From Giardia intestinalis (taxonomy: Eukaryota), in assembly GCA_000002435.2 (NCBI GenBank), contig CM018792.1: a stretch of 64,000 nucleotides of DNA, one strand, 5' to 3'. A program made the position numbers and the translations under genes. The notes beneath the pieces are model-generated. The model was not told the DNA's origin. It ran no database searches and was given only the letters and a program-made list of their open reading frames with translations. Below are positions 49,069-60,900 of this stretch, one piece after another; position 1 is the first letter of the stretch; each line of letters begins with the position of its first letter.

Positions 49069-51633
49069 TTACCGAAGTTTAGCCAGGATCCTCCGCACGG
49101 TCTCTGTTCGAGCATATGCCTCGCACTTCCTGCCCTTCTTGTCTGTGAGGTTGCGCTCCAGCGGAGCCAGAATCCGGATGCACTCTATGTGACCAGACTG
49201 GACAGCTATCATTAGAGCCGTTATTCCATCTTTTTCCCGTTTCTGTCTGATCTGCCTCTTGTCTTTAGAGAGGATTTGCACTATTTCTGGCTTGTTTTTC
49301 AACGCTGCACTCATTAATGCGGTCCAGCCCCCGGGCTTGTGGACGTCTCCTTCTTTTGAAAGCAAGATAGACACACACTCCTTGTGGCCCTCTTGTGCTG
49401 CTGACATCAGGGCTGTAAAGCCATCCTTTCTTTGTATTCGTGCCTCAAGCGGTGCTAGGACTTTGCATATGTCTGCGTATCCAGACAAGGCTGCCATTAT
49501 AAGTGCAGTGGATCCCTTGCCATCCTGACACCCCATCCCTATCCTTTGCTCTGCTAGAACCCTTACGCAGCTCAGAGATCTACTTAACGCTGCAATCATG
49601 AGGCATGTCCTGTTGTCTATGGAGCCTCCGATAAGCTTGCTCTCAGCTTCACGTTGTGACATGCAGAGGATGGAGAGGGCTGCCGCAGAGTCGTTGCTTG
49701 CCGCAATCATGGAAGCAGTCATTCCGTCGGCGTTACGGATACCTTCTTCCAGCTCCACTAGCTTTCTGCAGCCGTCCGCATCATTGCTGTATGCTGCTAG
49801 CATGAGTGCAGTAGCTCCGTTGTGCCATGAGTCCTCTTCACTTTCAGCTGCGATAGTTTTTCTGGCCTGGCTGTGCTTCAGCAGATCGATGACCTCATAC
49901 TGTTTATGTTCTACGGCACACATTAATGGTGTGTAGCCCATATTTAGGGTAAGATGTCCCTCGTAGTCAATAAGGAGTTTGGCTGCTTCTGTGTGCCCAT
50001 TTGTTATCGCAGACATCAGAGCAGACCAGCCCTTATCAGTCACGAGTCCTGCCTCCTTCTCTTTGCGTAGGAGCTCTACACACTTAGAGTGCCCATATTG
50101 CGCAGCGAACATGAGCGCGGTCTGCCCTTTGGGGTCTCGAAGGCCGCACTCCTTCGTTGTGATCAAAAGCTTAACTGCAGATACTAATCCCAAAGCCGCG
50201 GCTCTATGGAGAGCGGTGTATCCTGAGCTGTCTCTCATCCCCGCTTCATACTGAATTAGACTGTTGGCTATGTGGAGTTGGTGGAATTCGCACGCAAGCA
50301 TTAAAGCCGTGGTCCCATTTTTAGGATTGCTTAGATCATCGAGTTGGATTACTGATTTAGCCTCATACTTCATCAGAACATCAGCAGCAGAACTGTGTCC
50401 ACGCACGGTTGCTTCCATGAGTGCAGTGAAGCCGTCACGCTTCTTAAGCTTTGCTTCGTGTGGTGCTAGCAGCTTACATGCTTCTGTCTGACCATTGCGA
50501 GCGGCGAGGATCAGGGCTGTGGCACCATTCAATGAGTCTCCAGTAATCATCCTCATGCCGAACTCGTGGGGAATAAGGATCTTCAGAACCTCTATATTGC
50601 CGAGAACGGCGGCCGCCATGAGTGCAGTGGCCCCGTCGTAGTTAGTCAAGCGCTTCTGTTTGTCCACCAACGCACGGACGTACTCCACATTGTTCATATT
50701 GGCAGATAGTATGAGCTGCGTTGATCCTAAGGCGTTTCTGAACACTCTTTCGTTCTCTCTGGAGCCCGATTTAACCATGAAACCAAATATAAACGGATGA
50801 GCCAGGACCTCATCTAGGTACGGCCGTGAGTTATTGCAAGGATTAGTGAGCCACGTGAGCACGCGTACAAGGTCTTTAGAATACGCGTTTTCCTTTATAA
50901 TACTCTTTAACATGTATGCAGTGTCATACTCTCCTTTGACAGCCTTGCACTTAGAACCTGCAAAGCATAGCTCGCAACATAAGCGACCGACATTGTAGGC
51001 AAGCATTTTGAGCGGAGACACGTTTAGGCGTGCACGGTCTTCTCCGCTGTGTCGACTGTGTAACACTTCTGGACAGAGGTATGCCATAGTAAATGCCGAA
51101 TGTCGTTGAGCAGCAAGCTTGACTGCGAAGGCTGAATAGTCCACTAATGCACGCCCCTTGCTGCTTAGTCTAATGCAGAGAGGGTCCAACCCAGTTGATG
51201 GTAGGTTGCTTGCTAGTGCGTCTGTGAAGTCGGTTTTGCGGTTCGTTGAATATACGTAAAGAATAGCGTTAATTAGCTCAACCAATATTGTTATGATCAC
51301 CTCCTCTTCCAGATTCACTTGGAGAAAACATAGCTCCTCACTGTATTCATAGAGAGATTGCCCTGCTCCCCTAGATATAAGAAATATACACTCTTGTTCG
51401 TCATCTACAAATGCCTCCAGTAAGGGTGTTATGCTTTCATGATCTAAGCGGTGGGCTTGCCTCGCCAAATCCCGAATGAGAGCATACCGCCCACGGCCAA
51501 CATCTGCCTCGCTGACGATTCGACACGTGGCAGACAGATCAAGATTTCTATCTCTTACCAAGTAGCTTATCCCATAAATATCACTGTTCAGATATCTTAC
51601 AGCTTCATATGCGGGGGGCAAGTAGAGTGTCAT
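49069..51633 (-). CDS. NEK-family kinase-like protein with a long ankyrin-repeat tail, 854 aa; the kinase domain is predicted to be catalytically dead
   Basis: An N-terminal kinase fold of about 285 aa is present (...YLCPEVL..., ...EVLAHPFI). It lacks a GxGxxG loop, a VAIK lysine, HRD and DFG (DYS sits in the corresponding place). The C-terminal ~560 aa are GxTALMxAA ankyrin repeats, as in the expanded Giardia NEK family. Confidence 0.85.
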   Translation of the reverse strand: MTLYLPPAYEAVRYLNSDIYGISYLVRDRNLDLSATCRIVSEADVGRGRYALIRDLARQAHRLDHESITPLLEAFVDDEQECIFLISRGAGQSLYEYSEELCFLQVNLEEEVIITILVELINAILYVYSTNRKTDFTDALASNLPSTGLDPLCIRLSSKGRALVDYSAFAVKLAAQRHSAFTMAYLCPEVLHSRHSGEDRARLNVSPLKMLAYNVGRLCCELCFAGSKCKAVKGEYDTAYMLKSIIKENAYSKDLVRVLTWLTNPCNNSRPYLDEVLAHPFIFGFMVKSGSRENERVFRNALGSTQLILSANMNNVEYVRALVDKQKRLTNYDGATALMAAAVLGNIEVLKILIPHEFGMRMITGDSLNGATALILAARNGQTEACKLLAPHEAKLKKRDGFTALMEATVRGHSSAADVLMKYEAKSVIQLDDLSNPKNGTTALMLACEFHQLHIANSLIQYEAGMRDSSGYTALHRAAALGLVSAVKLLITTKECGLRDPKGQTALMFAAQYGHSKCVELLRKEKEAGLVTDKGWSALMSAITNGHTEAAKLLIDYEGHLTLNMGYTPLMCAVEHKQYEVIDLLKHSQARKTIAAESEEDSWHNGATALMLAAYSNDADGCRKLVELEEGIRNADGMTASMIAASNDSAAALSILCMSQREAESKLIGGSIDNRTCLMIAALSRSLSCVRVLAEQRIGMGCQDGKGSTALIMAALSGYADICKVLAPLEARIQRKDGFTALMSAAQEGHKECVSILLSKEGDVHKPGGWTALMSAALKNKPEIVQILSKDKRQIRQKREKDGITALMIAVQSGHIECIRILAPLERNLTDKKGRKCEAYARTETVRRILAKLR

Positions 51634-51694
51634 AGATGCAGCCGACCCCGAGTTTTTCGGAACTGATAGAAGTGCCAGTGGCGAGAGTTTACAG

Positions 51695-54600
51695 CTAGTG
51701 ATCGCTCTTTTCGGCTGTTAGGTCTATATCTTCCAGTTCGAGGGCTTTATTGACAACAGTGAGACCTGCTTCAGCAGCATGCGCGGCGTACAGATCAGCG
51801 GCCAAGTAATTTTCGGGGTCTATGCCTTCATTGCACATATCCTTAATAATACTAACTATTCTTGCTTTCTCTCCTCTGACCCCGTGGAACTCAGCCAACA
51901 GCCCCATGATATCCCCTGGCTTAACATAGCAGTTCTCCATTTTCCGCACTGCAGTCAGAAGCTTTGAGGAATTTGTTGTGAGCGTTTCAGAACTATCATG
52001 CGCTTGGGACGTGTCTCGGGCAAAGTCACACAGCTGTAAAAATGCATGTATTAACTTTCCATTCTGCTCATATGCTTGGAGGGTCTTCTTGAGAGAGGCT
52101 ACTTTGGCTGCCCTGGCTGTTGCAACCTTTTCGCTCTCTTTACTAGAAGCGTTTTGCTCAACGTAGTCGATTGCTACCTTTTGTCTATTCATGGCCTCGA
52201 TGATCGCCTGCTTAGCCTTTACATAATCATGGTATTCTGAGATTTCTTCCGCGGCACAGTTAGCAAAGAACTTCGCGATATTCTCTAGAGAGTTTGCTTT
52301 CTCATAAAAACTTATAATCGCCTTCATGTAGGTTGGATTGGACCGCCAGTCTAGTGTCTGAAGAAAATTTGACGCAGCAATATAGACCTGCTTTTGTCGC
52401 GCCATGTTTGCAAACTTAATCACCTTCATCGGATCACCTTGCTTTATCAGTGAATTTATGGCTAGCGTGTGATTTTGAGCGAGAATGAACTTTTTGACAG
52501 CTGATTGATAAAGGCCCGCTTTGTGCAGGAGCTTCCCAAGCGTCTCAGTGACTCTGACCGCCTCTTCATCGTGTTCTATACTAGCGGGTGTGAGAATGTC
52601 TGCTATCCGCTCTGAGATTTGGATCTTGCCATCTAGTATGGCCTGTAGCGCATCTTGGTATGCAGAAGCCTTTGCCAAAGCAATAACGGCTGTGCGAATA
52701 AAGCTGTTATAGTCGTTCAGCGAATAGTCTTCCGGAGACACGTCCAAGAGCGCCCTACCGGCACGCAGCAGTAAGTCTGAACTGATCCCTTGAAGTACAT
52801 CACCTGTGCCCTGAGTCGTGGTGCTCTGTTCTTGGAGAACCACGTCATCATCTAGCTCACGATCAAGAGACTTTGAGGGCTCGGATAATATATCAGCTAA
52901 AAGATTAGAGAGTTCTTTCATGCGGTTACTTTTAATGCAGAGCTCCAGGCTTTGAGCTCCAAGCCCCGCAGATTTGTATAGAACCAGCGCGTGTTCTATA
53001 GTCGCCTGGAGCTCATCACAAAAGTCCTCCGAGACGTTGTCTCTTCCTTTTTCGCTAATGGTGATCAGTCCACTCTTGTACTTATTAGAAAAGTAAGTTG
53101 CAGCCACTAGGCTGAGTCTCTGACTCTGTGAGGTAGTACCTATGTTGTAAATAAGCTCATCATCCTCACACTTGAGTGCACAGGCCAAGGCGTGTGTGAA
53201 TGCGCTACACCGCTTGTAAAGTCTAGCTGCCTCTAGCCACAAGGTCTGCTGATCAAGCTCGTCCTTCATTTTGCCAGGTATATCCGACTTCACATCTCTA
53301 CTTTTGGCCTCGGATTCTATCATGCGTGCGGCCACGTATAGAAACTGAGGATCGGTCCCCTTCTTAGCTAGAGTCAGGCATGCAGCAACCCCCTTTTTCT
53401 TATACTCGTCGTTGAGGAATTGAACGCTCTCATTTTGCTGCAAAAGCTGTTGTGGATTTGCGTTTAGGCTGTCTATCTCCCCCTGCGCGGCCACAGGTGC
53501 CTTGTAGACTTCTGAGTAACAAATCTTTGAGCTCTCGAGGTCGTTGAGGTGGATCAATCTATTAGCAAGAGATAAGATAGATGACTTTTTAGCCAGAGAC
53601 GTCAATCCTCCGGTCTGTTGCAGAGAACTATGCGCCCCGTCGCTCATCAGATACCTTATTGATAGCCCTATGTCATTCATCACCCCAGATAACAGAAGAG
53701 GTTTCCCTTGCAATCTATCTAAACCCTGGGCAGAGGCCCCAAGAGCAATGCTTAGCAGGGCCAAAAGCAACTCATCCTGCGGAGCAAGTTTGGTTTTCAA
53801 CTGATCCTGGCCTGTGTCAGCTGCATCCGAACGCTTGCGATTTGTAACTAGGCGCATCAGAAGGGACAATATGGGAGACTTGAGGTGCGTCGTGCATGTC
53901 TTTAGAAGATCAACATAGCCATTCTGGATGCACAGTGTCGCTAAGGAGCGCCAAACGTGAAGGTTCTCACTAACCAATACGTGGGAATACGCCTCTGCAA
54001 GCTGACCGTTACTACTGCAAATGGTGAATTTGTTAAGTGCATACGTCGCAGTGCACGATTGCTGAAAGCCAGTTTTCTTACTGCTTCCCAGAGCTGTTAA
54101 GTTCTTGATTGTTAAACGGTCAGAATTAATGGAGACAAAGTTAGAAGTGCGTGGTTTTTCCGACTTTCCACTACGCTCAGAAAAAACGAAAGCTGGAGAT
54201 AAAAGGGTCAACATGGTCGAGGACAATGGTTGCATAAGTGTCTCTAACTTTGAATTGACATAGGGAGCAAAGACACCTTGTATTGAAAGGAAGATTTTGT
54301 CGTTAAAGTCAAGCCAGCTCCCTTTAATGCGGTCATTCATGGAAATAGTGGTCTCAGCAAGTGATTGGACTAGCAATGGGACCTTAGCCCGCTGCTCAGA
54401 GGAGATGTATATGCTTTGGAGTAGAGAGATCTGGTCCTCATATTTCTCTTGCTGAAAGACAAGATCGGCATTTCTTTGGGATCCTTTCTCTTTAGAGTCC
54501 AACCAGCTGAGATAAGCGGAGAGATTCTTGGAGCTTAGCGCCCGCTTTGTGAAAGTGCCTGTTTTTAGTGCGAAAAGCATGCTCGAGCCGACAAAGAGGA

Positions 54601-57484
54601 GATTCAGGGAGGTCGATAGCACTAGCTCGAGACCAATATTTCCAAAGCAATCAGGTATGGCATTAGTGACGGTGTACGGTGCCATGTCAAAGATGCGCGA
54701 CTTGAGGACAGCAGAGCCTCCATCGGATCCAGTCGTAGGCCGGCTCCCAACCTTCTCAGTGGGCTGTGAAGGCGTAGCTGTCAACCCCGCACTTATCATC
54801 TCCCCAAGTATCTTTGTGTCTATTGACAATGCAACTACGTATGGCAGCAAACATGGAAGGCCTGTGACCACATTGTACCCCTTAAACACTACAGTGAATA
54901 GCACGTGGTGAGCGTTATCTAGAGTGATCGTCGCATTACATGACTGCACACAGATAGTGTCCAGGGGAATGAGAGTAGGCAAGGTTGTATACACTGAGAT
55001 AACGTTTTGTTCTTTCCTCTCCTGCTTTATGCGATCATGTAGCTGTTGGTTAATTTGCATCGTGTTCTCCACTAGCAGTAAATCCTTGATCTTTTCCTCC
55101 CTGGTCTGACGCTGGGGACTCTCTTCTGCCTCTACCGCAGGTGAACCGGTATCAGGAGTAGATAGATGGATATCATCCAGGTCTTCTTCTTCTAGGTAGG
55201 CACAGTATATGTTTGTATTAAACATCAACTGCCCTATATCCGTTATCTTCACTACTGAATTAAAGGTCTTACAATCGGTGTAGAAAAGAGATAAATTGTT
55301 ATTGATCATAAAAAGGTGCTGGTTAACGAGAGTCATGCGTGCAATACGTTCGACAGTGGCTCCGTGAGTTGGGTCATCACTAAGGACCAGTGATCCTGCC
55401 TTGCTCCCCGTAATACTATACTTGACTATCTCAACCTTGAGATAATCCGACTCCAGATCCGCACGAGAGTTTTGGGAAGCAAGGATGTACCTCCCATAAA
55501 GAACACAGTCGGCGACATAGGTGTATCGCTCATCCAGTTTAAAGGACCCCGCCAGGTGAGGCACCTTTCCAATGGCAACCTCAAAAACGGTAAACACGTT
55601 ATCCCCAAAAGCCAAGACAAATCCAGATAAATTGTCTGAAGAAACTGATGTAAGAGGATTTGTCAGAATAGAAATCTTTTTAATAGGATGCTTTATTTCC
55701 AGAGTATGCTCTTGCAAGAGATTGGCGTTTGTGTTGACACTGACCTTAATTATTCTAGCTCCTATTAAGACTGCGCTGATGAAGCTGTTCCTGCTGTCAG
55801 TGAACTTTTGATCCAAAAACTTCATGTGTGTCAAACCCTCTCCGGTTAAATCCTGAGCCATGATGGCGCTGTTAGTGTTATTGGCATAGGCTACCTGCAT
55901 ATCCTTCGGTTCAAAAGAGAATAGCAATAGAGAGACGAACTTACCTCTGGACGAGATAATTTCTGCACTAAACGAATCAATGGTTGCGTCATCCACACCC
56001 TCTGGAGTGGAAGCTGTTTCTGGGGAGAATCCAGGCGGCAAGTTGATCGGCTTGCCACCCTCGTCGTGAAAGATAGGAAGCATCTTGTTAGAGACGACGT
56101 TCCTATTAGTAATGGAGTAGTTTGTTATCATGGTCTGTGAGAAGCTATTGTCCCCTACAACGATCTGACTCATGTAGATATTCGCATAGCTGCATCTAGG
56201 GTTTTCTGCGTGAAGGAAGTGTTGCTCAGTTACGATAAACTCATCGCTTCCAGGGCGTATTCTAGGACCAGAACTTGGACCATTAGAATCCTGTACCCTT
56301 GCAAATCTCATATCGTTGGCATGAAGATAATGATCAGAGGCAGCAAGAATATGCATCCCTTCATTACCGTTAGAGTCACAAGAGCCTGTGCTGCGGTGGC
56401 AAGATACAACTGCATAGCCATTCTTGCCCCGCAAGGGTATCAGTATGCCATAGTCCCTGATCACTGCCAATCCACCGTTGACGCCGACAAAGTTTTCAAT
56501 GTGATCCTCCAGGTCAATGTATGCAACTTCCTGAGTCAGCAAACTGAGGACACGGAGCTGGCCATCGGAGGGGGCCATATATGCAATCTTAGTGGCGGGA
56601 AGCTGAACAATCCCATTCTCTCTTTTATACTCTATCTTATATTTTGCTAGAATATCTTTATATGCGCCGACAGCAAGGGTTTTGAAGCCAAACAGAAACA
56701 TATCGCCAGATGTAGAAATAGCACAGCAGGTGTCGCTACAGCTCCAGTAATATAACTTATAGAGTAGGGCATGTCCAGCTGACAGATTCACCGTCCCTAT
56801 ATGTCGAATAACTCCGTTGTCTGTAAGGACTGCTACATCCCCCTTAGACCACATAACAATGAACTCACATAACCCGACTCCAGCGTAGTTGGAAACATCA
56901 ATGGGGTGATCGCTGTGCTCCTGGTCAATACTATATATTATATTGTCAGTGCAACACGTGCGTTCAACAATATCAACTACATGACCTGATTTTCTAGTTT
57001 TTGTAATAGACTCGAAGGAGTAGGTGTCTGTCGAGAACTTGTAGAGGATAACTTGGCCGGAGACATCACAGGTGACCAATATTCGACCGTGTGAAAGCCA
57101 TTTGATGAGACAAAGCTCCTCCTGGTGAAGTTCCGTCTTATAGCTGGGGTCAGAATCAGTCGGAAACCAGATAGAAAATGAGGCATCTTTAAATCCGACA
57201 ACCACTAAATTCTCTACAAAGGGATGGCAAGCAAGTGCAGTAATAGGAACCTGAACTTGTCCTTCATCTGTGGTAATCACTTTCCTAAGAATATCCACTG
57301 GAAGCTGATTTGCCATAGATGTCTTGGAAGCCAGAACAAGTGCATTGTTATCGTTAGGGTATAGGACTGCCAAAGAGCCGTCTGACAGCAAAGCAAAGAC
57401 GGTCTGAGAACTTACTTGAGTATAAAGTTGGACAACACAGAGTGTTGGATCTTCAAGAATGACATCAATTGTAATTTGAATCAT
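51695..57484 (-). CDS. IFT140: Intraflagellar transport protein IFT140-like (IFT-A), 1,929 aa: N-terminal beta-propeller(s) plus C-terminal TPR/alpha-solenoid
   Basis: The C-terminal block AQNHTLAINSLIKQGDPMKVIKFANMARQKQVYIAASNFLQTLDWRSNPTYMKAIISFYEKANSLENIAKFFANCAAEEISEYHDYVKAKQAI aligns with human IFT140 as I remember it ([94 protein letters not shown]). The N-terminal third has WD-like strand patterns. Confidence 0.7.
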   Translation of the reverse strand: MIQITIDVILEDPTLCVVQLYTQVSSQTVFALLSDGSLAVLYPNDNNALVLASKTSMANQLPVDILRKVITTDEGQVQVPITALACHPFVENLVVVGFKDASFSIWFPTDSDPSYKTELHQEELCLIKWLSHGRILVTCDVSGQVILYKFSTDTYSFESITKTRKSGHVVDIVERTCCTDNIIYSIDQEHSDHPIDVSNYAGVGLCEFIVMWSKGDVAVLTDNGVIRHIGTVNLSAGHALLYKLYYWSCSDTCCAISTSGDMFLFGFKTLAVGAYKDILAKYKIEYKRENGIVQLPATKIAYMAPSDGQLRVLSLLTQEVAYIDLEDHIENFVGVNGGLAVIRDYGILIPLRGKNGYAVVSCHRSTGSCDSNGNEGMHILAASDHYLHANDMRFARVQDSNGPSSGPRIRPGSDEFIVTEQHFLHAENPRCSYANIYMSQIVVGDNSFSQTMITNYSITNRNVVSNKMLPIFHDEGGKPINLPPGFSPETASTPEGVDDATIDSFSAEIISSRGKFVSLLLFSFEPKDMQVAYANNTNSAIMAQDLTGEGLTHMKFLDQKFTDSRNSFISAVLIGARIIKVSVNTNANLLQEHTLEIKHPIKKISILTNPLTSVSSDNLSGFVLAFGDNVFTVFEVAIGKVPHLAGSFKLDERYTYVADCVLYGRYILASQNSRADLESDYLKVEIVKYSITGSKAGSLVLSDDPTHGATVERIARMTLVNQHLFMINNNLSLFYTDCKTFNSVVKITDIGQLMFNTNIYCAYLEEEDLDDIHLSTPDTGSPAVEAEESPQRQTREEKIKDLLLVENTMQINQQLHDRIKQERKEQNVISVYTTLPTLIPLDTICVQSCNATITLDNAHHVLFTVVFKGYNVVTGLPCLLPYVVALSIDTKILGEMISAGLTATPSQPTEKVGSRPTTGSDGGSAVLKSRIFDMAPYTVTNAIPDCFGNIGLELVLSTSLNLLFVGSSMLFALKTGTFTKRALSSKNLSAYLSWLDSKEKGSQRNADLVFQQEKYEDQISLLQSIYISSEQRAKVPLLVQSLAETTISMNDRIKGSWLDFNDKIFLSIQGVFAPYVNSKLETLMQPLSSTMLTLLSPAFVFSERSGKSEKPRTSNFVSINSDRLTIKNLTALGSSKKTGFQQSCTATYALNKFTICSSNGQLAEAYSHVLVSENLHVWRSLATLCIQNGYVDLLKTCTTHLKSPILSLLMRLVTNRKRSDAADTGQDQLKTKLAPQDELLLALLSIALGASAQGLDRLQGKPLLLSGVMNDIGLSIRYLMSDGAHSSLQQTGGLTSLAKKSSILSLANRLIHLNDLESSKICYSEVYKAPVAAQGEIDSLNANPQQLLQQNESVQFLNDEYKKKGVAACLTLAKKGTDPQFLYVAARMIESEAKSRDVKSDIPGKMKDELDQQTLWLEAARLYKRCSAFTHALACALKCEDDELIYNIGTTSQSQRLSLVAATYFSNKYKSGLITISEKGRDNVSEDFCDELQATIEHALVLYKSAGLGAQSLELCIKSNRMKELSNLLADILSEPSKSLDRELDDDVVLQEQSTTTQGTGDVLQGISSDLLLRAGRALLDVSPEDYSLNDYNSFIRTAVIALAKASAYQDALQAILDGKIQISERIADILTPASIEHDEEAVRVTETLGKLLHKAGLYQSAVKKFILAQNHTLAINSLIKQGDPMKVIKFANMARQKQVYIAASNFLQTLDWRSNPTYMKAIISFYEKANSLENIAKFFANCAAEEISEYHDYVKAKQAIIEAMNRQKVAIDYVEQNASSKESEKVATARAAKVASLKKTLQAYEQNGKLIHAFLQLCDFARDTSQAHDSSETLTTNSSKLLTAVRKMENCYVKPGDIMGLLAEFHGVRGEKARIVSIIKDMCNEGIDPENYLAADLYAAHAAEAGLTVVNKALELEDIDLTAEKSDH

Positions 57485-57987
57485 TGGTCGAGATGGTCTA
57501 TGATGTTTTTAATTTCTACAATTTGACAATGCAATTGGAGTCCTTGTAGCTATTTAGTGACTTTAGTGACAAATACTGAGGCTTTATGACAAGATAGAGG
57601 CCGCCAAAATCGTCAAGCATAAGCCTACCTCAACACTCTCAGTTGCTACATTGAATTCCCCATGGAAAATTGATAGGTTATAGCCATATCACCTTATCTG
57701 CTACTATAATAGTTGATGTATACTCAAATTTTTGCTAGATTAAAAGTACCGGGCTATTGATAACAACCTTCGCAATTGGTTAAGCTGATTTATTTACAAA
57801 GAATTCCTGATTTCCTCATTTCAACAGCCTTTAGTAAATTTGCGTGCTTTGCGATACCAGAGCAATTACTCCCAGATTACTCATTGTCATGGACTGCATG
57901 TCTGGGTTTGCGGCTTTAAATGCACAGTTTGAATGGATAAACTTAAAGGACAACTTATGCCTTTGAATTAATTTGGTGGAGATACCT

Positions 57988-60900
57988 ATGCTCCCAGTGC
58001 TCCGGCTGTATCTCAAGACGGCCAGGGCCCATCTTTATCTCTACATCTGCATGATTGTCATGCCGGTCGTTGTGATGGCCGCTGTCGCCCTCTTCTTCTC
58101 GTTCGAGGATAGACTGCAAAGCCCTAGCAGCGGCCTAGGCGAAGGGACTCTCCCGCGCCTCCCGTTGTGCAGGGACCTGCCTGGTTGCACGAGCCAGACC
58201 GTGTACCTTGCATTCTCCCCCGACACGATCGAAGCGCGCCGGGTCGTTGACAGACTCGCCCAACAGAACGGATTAGAGTCGGAGCGGATTGTTGCTGTAA
58301 AGGACCGCGCAACAATGCAGAGGCTTGTGGCCGGGAAGAATCTCGGCCCGAGCTTTGTCGATGACGTGATTGCGGCCAACCTGGGAGAGACGGTGCGGAG
58401 GCACCTCCTAGGCGCCGATGGCTCCCTCGCTTCGATCCTCACCCCGCGGGGGGTCCTTGCAGACAGGGGCGTCGTTGCAGAGATGCTTGACACAGCGTAT
58501 GGGCTTGATGACAGAACCCTGGATGCGTTCGATGACGAGTGGGCCGCGAGCATGGGACCGGCCGACAGCGTCTTCCTCGCGCTCGACCTAAACATCTCAA
58601 ACCGGGAAGCGTCAGACATCCCGCAGGCCGTCCAGTACTCGCTCTGGTACAGCCAGGAGATGATGACCTGGTACGCTGTCAAACACCCTAGTCCACGGAC
58701 AAGGTCCTCAACGCCTAACTCGTACGCCATGTCGTATGTGTGGAGCCCGGTGTCCTTCAGCATTTTCGAGGCGATTCACAACGCCCTGACGGGGACCTTT
58801 ATTGGCAAAACCATTTCGTACAGCCTGGGAGAGTATCCGTCGCAAGGCTCTACCACCACCCTTGCCGGGATGCAGGCGTACATGATTCTCCAGCTTTCTA
58901 TCTTCCTCGAGTGCATCCTGACCCTCATCTTCGCAGCGCATTTCCGCGGGCCCTTTCAGACCACGCTCCGCCGATTGGGTGTCTCGGAGTTCTGCATGTA
59001 CGGGCTCACGTTCGGCACACTTTTGATCGCCAACCTCTTGGCATACGGACTTCTCTTCGGTGCTGGCTCGCTCTTCAAGCTGTTCCCCTTCTCGAACTAC
59101 ACCCCTTCTCTTAACGCCCTTGTCAGCATCACCTTCGCCCTCATCACCACCGCCTCCGTGCTGCTCCTGCACATGTTCTTCTACAACACGTCGGTGGCAA
59201 TTGCCTTTGGGACGGTGGCCCTGATTCTGCTCGTGGCGTTCCCCTTCCTGATCCTCCTCGAGCAACCAGACTACCCCACGATCTGGACACAATTTGCTAT
59301 TCCAACCTGGCTGACAAAGGTCTTCTACGTCCTGTTTCCCCCCTTGGGGCTCGTCGCCATCTGCGACATGATGATAACGTTGAGACCGGAGCGTATGTCG
59401 ACTCTCCTTGTTGGACAGAGCGCCAGCATGTACGGCCTTGAGCTCCTGTTTAATGACATAGATGGATATCATTCAAAGCACTTTTCGTGTCTAGGTACAA
59501 TGGTTGCTAGTATATCTGAGTGTACTTTTCAGCTTCCTTACCTTGGATCTCTTGTCGTCATGTCCCTGATCCAGAGCACCCTAGCTCTTCCGCTGCTAAC
59601 TCTGGTTCTCCTCTTCTGCAAGCACGAGCCGGGCTCGCAAGGACTTCCCCTCGGCTTCCTCTGTAGCCGCAAGTTCTACCGTACAAGGTGCCCCAAGGAC
59701 AATCCAGAGTTCCCCTTTCTGTCTGTCTCAGGGCTTCGGAAGACATACCGTAAGGCAAAGAGATGCACGGTCGTCAAGGAGGAGGCGCTGTGCGGGCTGG
59801 ACTTGCACCTTGAGCAGGGAGAGGTCACGGGCCTCGTCGCGACAAGCGGCGGGGGAAAGTCCACAGCCCTGGGGATCATGGCTGGCGAACTGGCGCCCTC
59901 CGGCGGGCAGTGCGCAGGGCTCGGGCACGATCTCCTCTGTCCGTACACCGCACGGTCCCTGCGGGGGTTCATCTCGCTCTGTCCCCAGGAGTGGAACAAC
60001 CTCTGGATCAACCTCACCGTTAGGGAGAACGTTCTTCTGTGCGCAGAGATCCGGGCCAGGGTCACGGGCCGCCTCGGCGAGCTCCAGCACAGAAGCGGGT
60101 CTCTCGACGGATACGTCGACGAACTCCTGAAGCGCCTCGGGTTGCACGACCACGCGCACAAGCAGGCGTCTGCCCTGTCTGGGGGGATGCTTCGTCGCCT
60201 GGCCCTTGCAAACGCAACGGCGGGAGGTCCGCGGCTGATACTTCTCGACGAGATTACGGTGGGCGTGGATCCGATCCTGAAGCGCCAGATCTGGGCGTAC
60301 GTTCGCGCACTGGTCACAGAGGGCGCCGCAGCAGTCCTGTCCTCCCACGACGCCAACGAGATAGCAGAGCTAGCCACTCGCGTTGTCGTGCTCAAGGCCG
60401 GTCGGACGCAGGCCGATGCCCCTGTCGTGCAACTCCTTGAGGAGCATGGAGACTACGTGGTTTCAGTGACATCGGAAAGCCGCGACGCCATTTCACGAGT
60501 AGCGCTGCTGCTCTCGACGGAGCTAGGGACTCTGCTCGGAGTTGGCGCTAAAGAGCTAAGTGTTACAATGGACCCACGGCGCGCCAGCATATCCATCCCT
60601 GCAACACTAGTCCCAGATGCACATACTCTGACGAGTCTGATACAGCACTGCCGCGCCTTCGAGAAACGAGAGGGCGTCCAGGTTGCCGTCTCACGGGCCC
60701 GGCTGGAGGATGTCTTTGAGCACCTGCTGGATGGCGAAGACGACGCGCAGCCGGAGCCTCTGCGCTCAGTAACTCTGGACGAGGACAGAAAGCCCTCCGT
60801 GACGCGCCACCTGCTGCTCCTCTTCCTCTCCCTGGACCTTCAAGAGCACTGCAGAAGCTTTGTTTCCATACTTGCTGCACTGACCGCCCTGTTTGTGCTA

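Noticed and set aside
58041-60395. Long minus-strand ORFs inside the ABC transporter gene (58041..58763, 58708..59472, 59676..60395, 59728..60348, among others).
   Set aside because: They are antisense to a gene with unambiguous ABC motifs. Their Arg/Pro/Gly/Ser-rich composition is typical of GC-rich antisense frames.
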